This document shows positions 16,974 to 26,314 of a stretch of 64,000 bases of DNA, piece by piece (the stretch's first letter is position 1; each line of letters begins with the position of its first letter). The notes beneath the pieces were generated by a model that ran no database searches, was not told where the DNA came from, and saw only the letters and a program-made list of their open reading frames with translations. The stretch spans positions 1 to 64,000 of IMG/VR virus record IMGVR_UViG_2921665137_000001, one strand, 5' to 3'. Position numbers and translations under genes: made by a program. The stretch comes from a virus.

Positions 16974-17738
16974 GTGGAAGAAGCGTCACCGCAGCTGGAA
17001 GACGGTTACACCAAGCTCGCAAACGAGCTACTGGAAGCGCTTATCGGTGCGGGGCTAACGGCGAGGCAATGGGCGGTTGTCATGGCGATCATACGGAAGA
17101 CATATGGTTTCAACAAGAAGGCAGACGAGATTGGCCTGTCTCAGTTGGCCGCTATGACTGGCATCGACAAGACCCACCTGAGCCGCACGGTCCGTGAACT
17201 GGAGGCCGCCAAGGTGATCCACCGTCAAGTCGGAACCCATGCTCATAGCCTGAGCATCAACAAGAAACATTCGCAGTGGGGGTTGCTGAAAGAGCAACGG
17301 GTTGCCGAATCAGCAACAGTTGCTGAAAGAGCAACTGTGACCAAATCAGCAACTGGGGGTTGCCGAATCAGCACTGGGGGAGTTGCCGAATCAGCACATT
17401 TAGGGTTGCTGAATGAGCAACCACAAAATACGACCCAAAAGACAACCCAAAAGACAACTCCAAAAGAGATTGCACCGAGCGGGAAAATCTCGCTCGATGC
17501 CGAAGGTGACTGGGTCGGAATTCCTACCCGTCTCATGGCGAAATGGCAGCAAGCCTATCCGGCCCTTAGCCTGGATGCGGAGCTCTCGAAAGCCTCCGCT
17601 TGGATCATCGCCAATCCGAAAAACAAAAAATCGAACTACGCGCGTTTCCTGACGAACTGGCTCACCCGGGCGCAAGACAAAGCCCCGAAGCAAGGCGGCG
17701 GGAATGAACAAGACAATCGACCGAAGCTCGTGCTATGA
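16974..17738 (+). CDS. Replication initiator, phage O-protein-like N-terminal domain
   Basis: LANELLEALIGAGLTARQWAVVMAIIRKTYGF matches the phage_rep_O HTH. Iterons lie inside the gene. Confidence 0.8.
   Translation: MEEASPQLEDGYTKLANELLEALIGAGLTARQWAVVMAIIRKTYGFNKKADEIGLSQLAAMTGIDKTHLSRTVRELEAAKVIHRQVGTHAHSLSINKKHSQWGLLKEQRVAESATVAERATVTKSATGGCRISTGGVAESAHLGLLNEQPQNTTQKTTQKTTPKEIAPSGKISLDAEGDWVGIPTRLMAKWQQAYPALSLDAELSKASAWIIANPKNKKSNYARFLTNWLTRAQDKAPKQGGGNEQDNRPKLVL
17277..17470. repeat. Origin-like iterons (6–7 copies of GTTGCyGAAwsAGCAAC at about 20–24 bp spacing) followed by an A-rich direct-repeat tract
   Basis: Located within the O-like gene, as in lambda ori. The tract ACCCAAAAGACA is repeated at 17430-17465. 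Confidence 0.7.
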
Positions 17739-19468
17739 AAAACTTTATCGATTTTGGGATTGACGTTGGCGGCCACACGACCGGGGAACACAAGGCGCTT
17801 TGCCCGCAATGCTCGCACACGCGGAAGAAAAAGAACCTCAAGGTTCTGAACGTCAACGTGGACAAGGGTGTGTGGAACTGCTGGCATTGCTCGTGGAGCG
17901 GCACGCTCAAGGGCGGCGAATGGCAGAAGCCCGAAGTGCGCAAGGTCTACACCAAGCCCGTTTTCGTCAAGGTCGACAAGAAAACTGATGAACTGCAGGC
18001 GTGGTTCGATACGCGCGGCATTTCCGCCGAAGTCGTGCAACGCAACCAGATCACGCTGGGTAAGGAATATTTCCCGCAAGTCGAGGAAGAGCGCGGCTGC
18101 GTGCTGTTCCCCTACTTCCGTGGCGAAGAGGTCATCAACATCAAGTACCGGACGCGTGACAAATTGTTCCGGATGGCTTCTGGTGCCGAGCGAATCCTGT
18201 ACGGCATCAACGATATCAATCCAGAAGTGCTGGTCTGGGTTGAGGGCGAAATCGACAAGCTATCCGTCGAAATGGCCGGCCTGACGAGCTGCGTTTCCGT
18301 CCCTGACGGTGCGCCGGCTGCTGATTCGAAGTCGTACAGCAACAAATTCGATTTCCTGACCGAGAAGGCGCTTGAAGCCGTCAAGCTGCATATCATCGCC
18401 GTCGACAGCGATGAGCCCGGCGTTCGGCTCCAGGAAGAACTGGTGCGCCGGCTGGGTCGCGAAAAATGCCTGATCGTCGTTTGGCCGAAGGATTGCAAGG
18501 ATGCTAACGAAGTCCTGCTGACGCATGGCGTCGAGACGCTGGCCGACTGCATCGCCAATGCCCGCGCGCTGCCGATCGAAGGAACGTACAGCGTCGACGA
18601 CATTATCGAATCGATCTTCAACGATTACGAATACGGCCCGGAACGCGGCGTGTCGACGAGTTGGGCAGAGATGGACGACACGTACCGCGTTATGACTGGC
18701 GAATGGACGCTCGTAACGGGCATCCCAGGGCATGGCAAGTCGGAATGGCTGGATGCCCTTGCCTTGAACCTGTCGAAACACTACGGCTGGAATTTCGGCA
18801 TCTTCTCGCCCGAAAACCAGCCGCTCAAGTACCACGTTGAAAAGTTGACAGAGAAGATTGTAGGAAAGCCTTTCTCCGAAGGATTTACGGAGCGCATGTC
18901 GTTCAAGGAAATGGGCGAGGCGTTGAAGTTCGTCAACGATCATTTCCATTTCATGCTGCCGGACTATCCGACCGTCGACGGCTTGCTTGATACGTCTCAG
19001 CAATTGGTGCTTCGCCACGGCATACGCGGCCTGATTATCGATCCGTGGAACGAGATCAACCCGGCCCGTGACGGTAACGTTACTGAAACGGACTATATCA
19101 GCCAGGCGCTGACGAAGATCCGCACATTCGCGCGCCGGAATCAAGTGCATGTGTGGCTCGTTGCTCACCCGACGAAATTGCAGAAAGACAAGACTTCCGG
19201 CGCCTATCCGGTTCCCACTCCGTATGACGTAAGCGGCTCGGCGCACTGGCGCAACAAGGCAGATAACTGCATTACGGTCTACCGCGACATGGTGCAGCAC
19301 GGCTCGCCGGTACAGGTGCATGTGCAGAAGGTCCGCAAGAAATCCAACGGCAAAGTCGGCATGGTCGAGTTCGATTACGACCACATCTGCGGACGTTACA
19401 AACCATATAAGAAGAATGTTTTGCCCAATACCTACAGCATGCGCAAAGTCCAGAAGGAGGCAGCGTGA
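17735..19468 (+). CDS. Bifunctional primase/helicase (T7 gp4-like: zinc-ribbon, TOPRIM, DnaB/RecA-like helicase)
   Basis: CPQCSHTRKKKNLKV...CWHCSW zinc finger, a TOPRIM region and Walker A GIPGHGKSEW. Its start overlaps the stop of the O gene (ATGA). Confidence 0.85.
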   Translation: MKNFIDFGIDVGGHTTGEHKALCPQCSHTRKKKNLKVLNVNVDKGVWNCWHCSWSGTLKGGEWQKPEVRKVYTKPVFVKVDKKTDELQAWFDTRGISAEVVQRNQITLGKEYFPQVEEERGCVLFPYFRGEEVINIKYRTRDKLFRMASGAERILYGINDINPEVLVWVEGEIDKLSVEMAGLTSCVSVPDGAPAADSKSYSNKFDFLTEKALEAVKLHIIAVDSDEPGVRLQEELVRRLGREKCLIVVWPKDCKDANEVLLTHGVETLADCIANARALPIEGTYSVDDIIESIFNDYEYGPERGVSTSWAEMDDTYRVMTGEWTLVTGIPGHGKSEWLDALALNLSKHYGWNFGIFSPENQPLKYHVEKLTEKIVGKPFSEGFTERMSFKEMGEALKFVNDHFHFMLPDYPTVDGLLDTSQQLVLRHGIRGLIIDPWNEINPARDGNVTETDYISQALTKIRTFARRNQVHVWLVAHPTKLQKDKTSGAYPVPTPYDVSGSAHWRNKADNCITVYRDMVQHGSPVQVHVQKVRKKSNGKVGMVEFDYDHICGRYKPYKKNVLPNTYSMRKVQKEAA

Positions 19469-19911
19469 GCCGCTTTATTAACTGTGCCGAGACCGCGAAG
19501 ATCATTCGCCAGATTCTCAAAGAGTCGTTTCCAGGCGTGAAATTTCGCGTGCGCAGCAGCACGTATGCGAATGGTGCATCCATTCAGGTTGACTGGGACG
19601 GCGCGCCGAACTGGCGGCAAGTCGAATCGATCACCGACAAGCTTGAGGGTTCGTATTTTGATGGCCTGATCGACTACAAGGGAAGCATCCACCACATGAT
19701 GGATGGCGAACTGGTGAGCTTTGGTGCCGACTTCATCCATGTGTGCAACCGCGATGAAGGCCCGGTGCTGGATCCGCAACCCAGCAAGACCGCTGCGCGA
19801 ATTTTCATTACGCACGATGACGGCTACAGCCGCGAAGTCGGTTCCGGCGTGGATGCAGTGCTTGAGCGTGCCGAACCTTTCCGGCGAGACGACGACTGGA
19901 TTCCATTTTGA
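19465..19911 (+). CDS. Hypothetical protein (148 aa)
   Basis: ATGA-coupled to the helicase gene. Confidence 0.55.
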   Translation: MSRFINCAETAKIIRQILKESFPGVKFRVRSSTYANGASIQVDWDGAPNWRQVESITDKLEGSYFDGLIDYKGSIHHMMDGELVSFGADFIHVCNRDEGPVLDPQPSKTAARIFITHDDGYSREVGSGVDAVLERAEPFRRDDDWIPF

Positions 19912-19996
19912 TGACCGCCAGCATCAGTAAAGCATTCGGGCCGGAATCGGCGGAACAGATCAAGCAGGGCCTCAAGGCTCTTTGGGAGAAACGGAA

Positions 19997-20209
19997 ATGA
20001 GTCACATAACTTGCCAGGCAGAACGCGACGAGAACGCCAAGATATTCGCATGCCCATACCGCGCCGTGAAAGTCTGGCGCGACGTCGAAGACGACTGGAC
20101 CGGCGAAACGCGCAGTGAGTGCTTCGAAGAAAACCAGTGCGGCGAAGAGATTTGGCTGTCACCGGCCAAAGGCCAGTGCAAGCGCTGCGGCTTGGTTCTT
20201 ACATACTGA
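19997..20209 (+). CDS. Small Cys-containing protein (70 aa)
   Basis: CPYRAV...CGEEIW...CKRCG. Confidence 0.4.
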   Translation: MSHITCQAERDENAKIFACPYRAVKVWRDVEDDWTGETRSECFEENQCGEEIWLSPAKGQCKRCGLVLTY

Positions 20210-20218
20210 GGAGGCTAT

Positions 20219-20689
20219 ATGAGCCGCAGCCAAAAACCGAGACGCAAGTACAACCCCAACAAGCTACTTGACCGGATCGTCGACAAGTCCCCACTCATGC
20301 CGAGCCAGCGGCGTGACTTGGGCCTCGCCTATCACATCGCCTTCGAGAACATGCTCAAGCGTGGCTCTGAGGAAGATTGGTACATCCTGGCGTCGACCAT
20401 GAACGTCGCACTCGTTCTCGCCGAGAAAGACTACGGCTCCGAGTACATCCCCGAAGTCAAGGCCGCGATGGAATCCCTGATGGATTGCAAGTATCGAGCC
20501 GATCGTACCGGACGTTGGGCCTTTGATGGCGACGGCTTGCAGGCTATGCGCCGCGCCCTGGAGTTGCATGACCAACAGTGCGCCCTCGCCACGCGCGCCG
20601 AGATTAAGGCGGCGCTTCAGGCAATTGTGAAGCGGGCGAACGAAGGGCACATGTATGCGGCTGAGCAATGTCATCTGGAGGCAGCGTAA
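20219..20689 (+). CDS. Hypothetical protein (156 aa)
   Basis: A GGAGG ribosome-binding site lies upstream. Confidence 0.55.
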   Translation: MSRSQKPRRKYNPNKLLDRIVDKSPLMPSQRRDLGLAYHIAFENMLKRGSEEDWYILASTMNVALVLAEKDYGSEYIPEVKAAMESLMDCKYRADRTGRWAFDGDGLQAMRRALELHDQQCALATRAEIKAALQAIVKRANEGHMYAAEQCHLEAA

Positions 20690-21423
20690 TGGGCGGACGA
20701 CTTTGGACCAAAGAAGAAGACGCAATTCTTGCGAGTTTCTGGAAAGGCGGTGGCGAGATCGTTTCGCACCTTTCGAAACTTCCCGGACGGACTGTCGACG
20801 CTGCACAGATTCGCGCCCGATATCTCAAGCTGGGTTCCAGATACAACATGTGGACCGATGAGGAAGATGCCGTTCTTCGCGGAGTCTGGACGATGGGATG
20901 TTCATTGAAATCGCAACTCCATCGCCTGCCGAATCGAACATGGAAATCGGCTCTTGATCGCGCGCGTGTACTTGGCCTCCCTAAACGCAAGGCGAGCGAG
21001 TACGTATCCAAGTATTCGTGGGCCGAAGAAGTCATCACTCGAGAACTTGAACGGGGTTATCCGATGACAGCGCGTCAGATTGAGGCCCGCACGCCTGCAT
21101 CTTACGAGAGAGCCACACAGATTTTGCGCGCCGGTCACGGGACCAAGTATCGAATCTCGGGATGGTTGCGTAGCAATCCACTTGGCAGCGGATGTTGGAC
21201 TGCGATTTGGGCGATGGGCACAGAACCCGATGCTCCCAAGCCCGAAAAGAAGCCGCGCTCAATGCAATGCCGCGAGTACCGGACCCGTAAAAACATCGCG
21301 AGCGGAAAAATCAACCCATTCGCGGTCGCAATGAACCAGGTCTCCGCCCCCACTGGCACAACGGGCCGGGTTTTTAAACAGGACATGGTTGTTCATTTGC
21401 GGGATGAGGAGATTGCGGCATGA
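20689..21423 (+). CDS. DNA-binding protein with tandem Myb/SANT-like repeats
   Basis: Two repeats of W-T-x-EED-A-L ... LP-x-RT ... RAR-x-LGL, plus a third HTH-like segment. TAATG overlap with the upstream gene. Confidence 0.5.
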   Translation: MGGRLWTKEEDAILASFWKGGGEIVSHLSKLPGRTVDAAQIRARYLKLGSRYNMWTDEEDAVLRGVWTMGCSLKSQLHRLPNRTWKSALDRARVLGLPKRKASEYVSKYSWAEEVITRELERGYPMTARQIEARTPASYERATQILRAGHGTKYRISGWLRSNPLGSGCWTAIWAMGTEPDAPKPEKKPRSMQCREYRTRKNIASGKINPFAVAMNQVSAPTGTTGRVFKQDMVVHLRDEEIAA

Positions 21424-21764
21424 ATATCCACCGTCACCAGTTCGTAAGTCATTGCCCGAACAACGATCAGGCGATTATCTATGCGCTGACAATCGAAACG
21501 GATGCGGTGATCTATGTCGAGCACATCACGACCGCGACGGCGCTCCATAAGCGAGCTTTTCATGAGGCAATCGCTGACGACCTGTTCGCCCGCTTCGGTG
21601 GCCGGCAAGTCATCACAGCCCATCACCATGGCGTAGACGTCGAAACTCGCCGCGGCTTTGAGTTGCGGGATTGCGGGCGTCTGATGCAACGGGTTCAGGT
21701 TGGTTCGACAGTCTACGAGAAAGGTGTTGAGGCGAAATTTGCGATTGAGGCGGTTTCGCGATGA
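21420..21764 (+). CDS. Hypothetical protein (114 aa)
   Basis: ATGA-coupled. Confidence 0.5.
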   Translation: MNIHRHQFVSHCPNNDQAIIYALTIETDAVIYVEHITTATALHKRAFHEAIADDLFARFGGRQVITAHHHGVDVETRRGFELRDCGRLMQRVQVGSTVYEKGVEAKFAIEAVSR

Positions 21765-22519
21765 TCCCTTACCACGGTCTACCAATAACACCAGCGACAG
21801 CAGCGGCGCGCGCCATTTTCGGCGGTCACGCGTTTATTTCGGCTCGCTACCCCGATCAGCTAGCGCTCGCGCTGGAGATTGCGCAATCAATTGCGGTTGA
21901 TCATGGCGGCTTCTCTGCATGGAAGAGTGGTGAGCCCATCACCGATTGGTCTTTCTATTACGAATGGATTGCAATGTTGCATCGCTATCCACCGTTTGAC
22001 TTCGCCGTTATTCCAGACGTGATCGACGGCTCAGAAGCGGAAAACGATGCGCTGCTCGAAGAATGGCCTTGGCGAACTAATGCACCCTGGGTCGGCGCTC
22101 CAGTCTGGCACCTGAATGAAAGCCTTGAGCGGCTTGAGCGTCTCGCTTTTGCGTGGCCTCGCATCTGTCTTGGCAGCTCGGGGGAATTCGCGACGGTCGG
22201 CACCGAAGCCTGGTACATCCGTATGGCCGAGGCAATGGATGTGTTATGTGACCGCGACGGACGCCCGATCTGCAAAATCCACGGCCTGCGCATGCTGAAC
22301 CCAGATGTGTTCACCCGCTTTCCATTCGCGAGCGCCGATAGCACGAACATCGGCCAGAACATCGGAATTGATTCTGCATGGCGCGGCACTTATACCCCAG
22401 CCACCAAAGAATCCCGCGCGATGGTCATGCGTGAGCGGATTGAGAAAGAACAGTCGCCGATTTTCTGGGATCGCAAGTCGGCGCCGATTCAGATTGGATT
22501 TTCATTGGAAGCCGCATGA
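21761..22519 (+). CDS. Conserved hypothetical phage protein (252 aa)
   Basis: Globular and Trp-rich. No family recognised with confidence. Confidence 0.55.
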   Translation: MIPYHGLPITPATAAARAIFGGHAFISARYPDQLALALEIAQSIAVDHGGFSAWKSGEPITDWSFYYEWIAMLHRYPPFDFAVIPDVIDGSEAENDALLEEWPWRTNAPWVGAPVWHLNESLERLERLAFAWPRICLGSSGEFATVGTEAWYIRMAEAMDVLCDRDGRPICKIHGLRMLNPDVFTRFPFASADSTNIGQNIGIDSAWRGTYTPATKESRAMVMRERIEKEQSPIFWDRKSAPIQIGFSLEAA

Positions 22520-22716
22520 CCCCCTACCCCGTAATAGGCTTTACCCGCCCCGCCGAACTGTACGAATTCGCCAGCAACCATGGGCTTCATGTGGGAAGTA
22601 TGGACAAACTGGAACGATTCGCCGCAGCCCTCCAGCAAAAAGCCATCTCGCAAACGCTGTCGGCAGATGGGCCGGCGATTGAGGTCAGGGTGATTGATGT
22701 GGGGGTGGGGGAATGA
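22516..22716 (+). CDS. Hypothetical small protein (66 aa)
   Basis: ATGA-coupled. Confidence 0.4.
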   Translation: MTPYPVIGFTRPAELYEFASNHGLHVGSMDKLERFAAALQQKAISQTLSADGPAIEVRVIDVGVGE

Positions 22717-23165
22717 GCCAATACGACAAACTGGTGACAAGGCTGCGTGATGGCATGGGCGCTATTTTTGCCAACGAAGCCGCCGACGCGATCGAAGATC
22801 AAGCCACTCGCATCGCTGCGCTTGAGTCGTCGCTTAAGTTGGCCGATTCAGAGGTTGACCGGCTGAGCGCGATTATCAACTCGCCGCAATCGAACGACTT
22901 CCTGCGTGCCGTCAGCACCGAGGCCGAGCACCAGCGTCAACGATGGGGTAGCGAGCACGATGCGGGGAAAACGCCGGCCGACTGGTTCTGGCTACTTGGT
23001 TACCTGGGCGGGAAGGCTCTGCATGCGTATGCCGCTGGCAATGCGGATAAGGCAGAGCACCACGTAATCACGACAGCAGCCGCTTGCGCAAACTGGCATC
23101 GCAACATGTGCGGCGAAACGGATATGCGTCCCGGCATCGATACGCCGAAAGGAGAAGTGGTATGA
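22713..23165 (+). CDS. Hypothetical protein (150 aa)
   Basis: ATGA-coupled. Confidence 0.5.
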   Translation: MSQYDKLVTRLRDGMGAIFANEAADAIEDQATRIAALESSLKLADSEVDRLSAIINSPQSNDFLRAVSTEAEHQRQRWGSEHDAGKTPADWFWLLGYLGGKALHAYAAGNADKAEHHVITTAAACANWHRNMCGETDMRPGIDTPKGEVV

Positions 23166-23596
23166 GTGATATCGCTGCTGTTTCAGGTGCCACGACGACG
23201 ATCAAAACGCTCGCGGATGGAACCTTTAGGCTTTCGATAGACATCGAGCCGCGCCACGCACAAGCGGCGTTCGCCCTCTTCGGATCGCCCGGTACGCCGG
23301 TAGCGCTCGCGCGCATCACGAATGAGGCGGCAACCGCTTTCGATCAGCGCGAGCCGGAACCGGAGAAGCCCAGGGGCGGAGCCCTCGCCAAGCTCGCTGG
23401 CATGTGGTCAAACGCCACGCACTTCTGGGAATTCTGCGATGTCGACAATGCTGACGATGCCGCTGAGTGGATCAGGACGACATGCCTCATTGAAAGCCGC
23501 GCCGAGCTCGACAACAGCATGATTGCAAAACAGAACTTCGAGAAGTTCGTGCGCGGTCCGTACATGAAGTTTATGCAGGCGCGAGGTGGAGCGTGA
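23162..23596 (+). CDS. Hypothetical protein (144 aa)
   Basis: The internal ATG at 23162 overlaps the previous stop. Confidence 0.5.
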   Translation: MSDIAAVSGATTTIKTLADGTFRLSIDIEPRHAQAAFALFGSPGTPVALARITNEAATAFDQREPEPEKPRGGALAKLAGMWSNATHFWEFCDVDNADDAAEWIRTTCLIESRAELDNSMIAKQNFEKFVRGPYMKFMQARGGA

Positions 23597-23739
23597 GTCA
23601 CATCCTCGCAATCATCTATTTCGCCCTGTACGCCATTGCGTGGCCGATCTATCTCTCCGGGCGCGTCCGTGGCACTTTGCTACTGCTGTGCATCGGTATG
23701 CCCGTAGTCTCGTTTTTCTTTGGGCAATACGCAGCATGA
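23593..23739 (+). CDS. Small hydrophobic protein (48 aa, GTG start) coupled on both sides
   Basis: VSHILAIIYFALYAIAWPIYLSG...LLLLCIGMPVVSFFF. GTG overlaps the previous TGA, and its stop overlaps the NinG ATG. It is absent from the ORF track because it is shorter than 60 aa. Confidence 0.35.
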   Translation: MSHILAIIYFALYAIAWPIYLSGRVRGTLLLLCIGMPVVSFFFGQYAA

Positions 23740-24377
23740 TCCGCACCTCCCTACCCCTCAAGAAATCGCTGAAGCCCAAGCGGTGCCGGTCTTGTGGCGC
23801 GAATTTCAATCCCATCTCAAGCATGAGTAAGGCGTGCAGCGTGCCGTGCGCGATGGCTTTGAATGATGCGGCAAAGGCAAAGTCGGCAGCAAGGGCGGCG
23901 AAGGACGAACGGAAATCTCTCGCGGAGCGGAAAGCCAAGCTTAAGACGCGTCGCGAGTGGATTGCCGAAGCACAGGCTGCAGTGAACAAGGTGGCGAGAC
24001 TGCGCGATCTACTGGCTGGGCATGGGTGCATTTCGTGTGGTGCTCGCCCGCAGCAGAAGTTCGGCGGAACGTTTGATGCGGGTCACTACAGGAGCGTGGG
24101 TAGTGCTCCCCACATGCGCTACTACCTGCCAGCCATTAGAGGGCAATGCGTTCGCTGTAATCGAGACCTCGGAGGCTCGGCCGTTAATTTTCGCAAGGGC
24201 CTCGTCGAGCGCATCGGCATCAACCGCGTCGAGGAAATCGAATCCATGCAGTGGACTGCAAAGTGGTCCGTGGAGTACTTAGAGCGACTCAAGAAGGTCA
24301 TGAACAAGAAGGCTCGAAGGCTGGAGAAGCGGATTGAAGCCAAGAGTGAAGTTAATCAACTGGAGGCTGTCGAATGA
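23736..24377 (+). CDS. ninG: NinG/Rap-like recombination protein
   Basis: CRSCGANF...CISCG...DAGHYRSVGSAPHMRYY...QCVRCN...RIGINRVEEIES matches the lambda NinG signature. Confidence 0.85.
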   Translation: MIRTSLPLKKSLKPKRCRSCGANFNPISSMSKACSVPCAMALNDAAKAKSAARAAKDERKSLAERKAKLKTRREWIAEAQAAVNKVARLRDLLAGHGCISCGARPQQKFGGTFDAGHYRSVGSAPHMRYYLPAIRGQCVRCNRDLGGSAVNFRKGLVERIGINRVEEIESMQWTAKWSVEYLERLKKVMNKKARRLEKRIEAKSEVNQLEAVE

Positions 24378-24826
24378 TCAAACGCAAACAACTTTTCCGC
24401 CATCGCCCCGCCGAGGGCACCATTGGCGACTGTCACCGCACCGCCATTGCTTGCCTACTCGACCTGGAGCCGGAAGCGGTGCCGCACTTCGGTGAACTGT
24501 ATTTCAATGATCCCGATGGCGCGCGATTCAACAAGGCTTTTGAGGACTGGCTGTCCGGTCGCGGACTCAGAACGGCGATCATTGTCTATAACGGCGACTC
24601 GCTCGATAACGTGCTGGCGGCAATCGGTGCGCAGAACAAAGGCGCTTATTACCTGCTCGGCGGCACCAGCCTGACGGGCGTGAATCACACGGTAGTGTGC
24701 TGTGGCGGCGAGATAGCGCATGACCCATCCATTGATGACGTCGGAATCGTCGGCCCATGCGATGACGGGTATTACTGGGTGACGTTCATCGTGCCGGATT
24801 TCATGTATGCGAAGGAGGCAGCATGA
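24374..24826 (+). CDS. Predicted papain-fold (C39-like) cysteine peptidase-domain protein
   Basis: GDCHRTAIACLL (Cys) and NHTVVCCGGEIAHDP (His, Asp) are arranged like the C39 motifs CGxACLxM and HFVV. Paralogous to 27975..28352. Confidence 0.55.
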   Translation: MIKRKQLFRHRPAEGTIGDCHRTAIACLLDLEPEAVPHFGELYFNDPDGARFNKAFEDWLSGRGLRTAIIVYNGDSLDNVLAAIGAQNKGAYYLLGGTSLTGVNHTVVCCGGEIAHDPSIDDVGIVGPCDDGYYWVTFIVPDFMYAKEAA

Positions 24827-25413
24827 AAGCAAACTGCTTCAAGAGAATGTTAATCGAACTCGACCATGCCGCCGCAGCGGAACACTCGGTCATCAATCAC
24901 CACGTGAATGGCATGGAGTATCTGTGCCTGCACCGCTCCGACAAACTCACGGTGAAGCTGTATTTCATCGATCCAACGAACATCGCGCGCCCGGAAAACG
25001 CCTATCTGGTGACTCCGCACACGCATCGGTATTCGTTCGAGAGCACCGTTCTCGCCGGGCAGCTTCAGCATCTCACATTCCGCCAGTGCGCCGGCTCGCG
25101 TTATGACGTCTCCGAGTATTCACCGGAAACGCGAACGCGGTCCGGCCTCGGTGAGTGCGACCTTGAAATAAGGAGCCGCGACCTGCACGACGTCGGTAGC
25201 GATTACTGGTGCGGCACAAGTGATATCCACACGCTGGTTGTCCCGCATGCGCCCGTCTTGCTGGGCCTCGTTCAGTTCGGCGACATCACTATGAAGTCGA
25301 CCGTTTATCTCCGCAAAGGAGCACGAATGGACTACCCGGAATCGCGCAAGCCGACAGCCGACGAAGCACTTGCACTTCGTAATCGGGCGCTTGAAATGAT
25401 GGAGGCAGCATGA
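24823..25413 (+). CDS. Hypothetical protein (196 aa)
   Basis: ATGA-coupled. His-rich motifs. Confidence 0.55.
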   Translation: MKANCFKRMLIELDHAAAAEHSVINHHVNGMEYLCLHRSDKLTVKLYFIDPTNIARPENAYLVTPHTHRYSFESTVLAGQLQHLTFRQCAGSRYDVSEYSPETRTRSGLGECDLEIRSRDLHDVGSDYWCGTSDIHTLVVPHAPVLLGLVQFGDITMKSTVYLRKGARMDYPESRKPTADEALALRNRALEMMEAA

Positions 25414-25664
25414 TCGACCTCGATGAACTAGACCGCATCAACCGCGCCGGAGACCGGTATGGGCATATCACGCCAGGGAAGGTAGCCGAACTGATCGCCG
25501 AGGTGCGGAGACTCCGGGAGGATAAGGCGAGGCTCGACGCTGGTTGCATCCTGACGACCGACTATGACGAGTTCGGCGATAGGCATTTCACTGAGCGGCG
25601 TGGCCTAAACCTGCGCCAGATGATCGACAACGCTATGGCGCTGGCCGCAAAGGACCAGTCATGA
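25410..25664 (+). CDS. Hypothetical protein (84 aa)
   Basis: ATGA-coupled. Confidence 0.45.
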   Translation: MIDLDELDRINRAGDRYGHITPGKVAELIAEVRRLREDKARLDAGCILTTDYDEFGDRHFTERRGLNLRQMIDNAMALAAKDQS

Positions 25665-25927
25665 CCATCCACCGCATCGTCTGTGCCGCAAACCGTAAGC
25701 GCTTCACCGGACAAATTGTGCTTGGCATCCGCCATTGGGACTTGTTCATGTCGGAGGCCTTGGATTCAGAGGGCGATCCTGTCGATCAAGGCTTCGTGGA
25801 TAACCGCGGCAATTTCCTGCTTCGCATCGAGGCGTGGAAAGTCGCCGAGGCCGCTGGGCAGATCATCCGTCGCGTCGGTGGCGATGATACGAACGGCGGC
25901 ACGTTGTATTCCGAGAACCTTTATTGA
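25661..25927 (+). CDS. Hypothetical protein (88 aa)
   Basis: ATGA-coupled. Confidence 0.45.
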   Translation: MTIHRIVCAANRKRFTGQIVLGIRHWDLFMSEALDSEGDPVDQGFVDNRGNFLLRIEAWKVAEAAGQIIRRVGGDDTNGGTLYSENLY

Positions 25928-25940
25928 GCAAGGAGCCCGC

Positions 25941-26117
25941 ATGAACCAGGACGCAAACCGCGAAGACCGCATCGAGCACAAAGAGACCGCCGACAGCATC
26001 GTTTGGGGTTGCCATCGCGCCTATTTGAAGGTCTGCGTTAGTTGCGGCTCCCGCTCCGATCCCTATGGGAATATGGCGTGCCCTTGTGGGCGGACGGGGG
26101 AATCATGCTCTACCTGA
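25941..26117 (+). CDS. Small Cys-rich protein (58 aa)
   Basis: AAGGAG ribosome-binding site. CHRAY...CVSCGSRSDPYGNMACPCG. Confidence 0.4.
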   Translation: MNQDANREDRIEHKETADSIVWGCHRAYLKVCVSCGSRSDPYGNMACPCGRTGESCST

Positions 26118-26314
26118 TCGCTCTCCTTGCTGGAGCAATCCTCGGAATTTTCGCTTGCACTCTGCTATGCGGCGTGTTCCTCGCCTTCCGCCCGACACCG
26201 CCAACGCTGTATGGAAGGCGAAAGCCAGCCCCGCCAGAGGTGGCGCAGATGCCGGTGGTCGAGGCGGGATGTGTGGCTTATCAGTTTCTGGGGGTTACTG
26301 GGGAAGAACAATGA
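26105..26314 (+). CDS. Small membrane protein (69 aa)
   Basis: LYLIALLAGAILGIFACTLLCGVFLAF. Confidence 0.35.
   Translation: MLYLIALLAGAILGIFACTLLCGVFLAFRPTPPTLYGRRKPAPPEVAQMPVVEAGCVAYQFLGVTGEEQ

Noticed and set aside
18260-19384. 374-aa minus-strand ORF
   Set aside because: Lies antisense within the primase-helicase gene. Val/Arg-rich shadow ORF.
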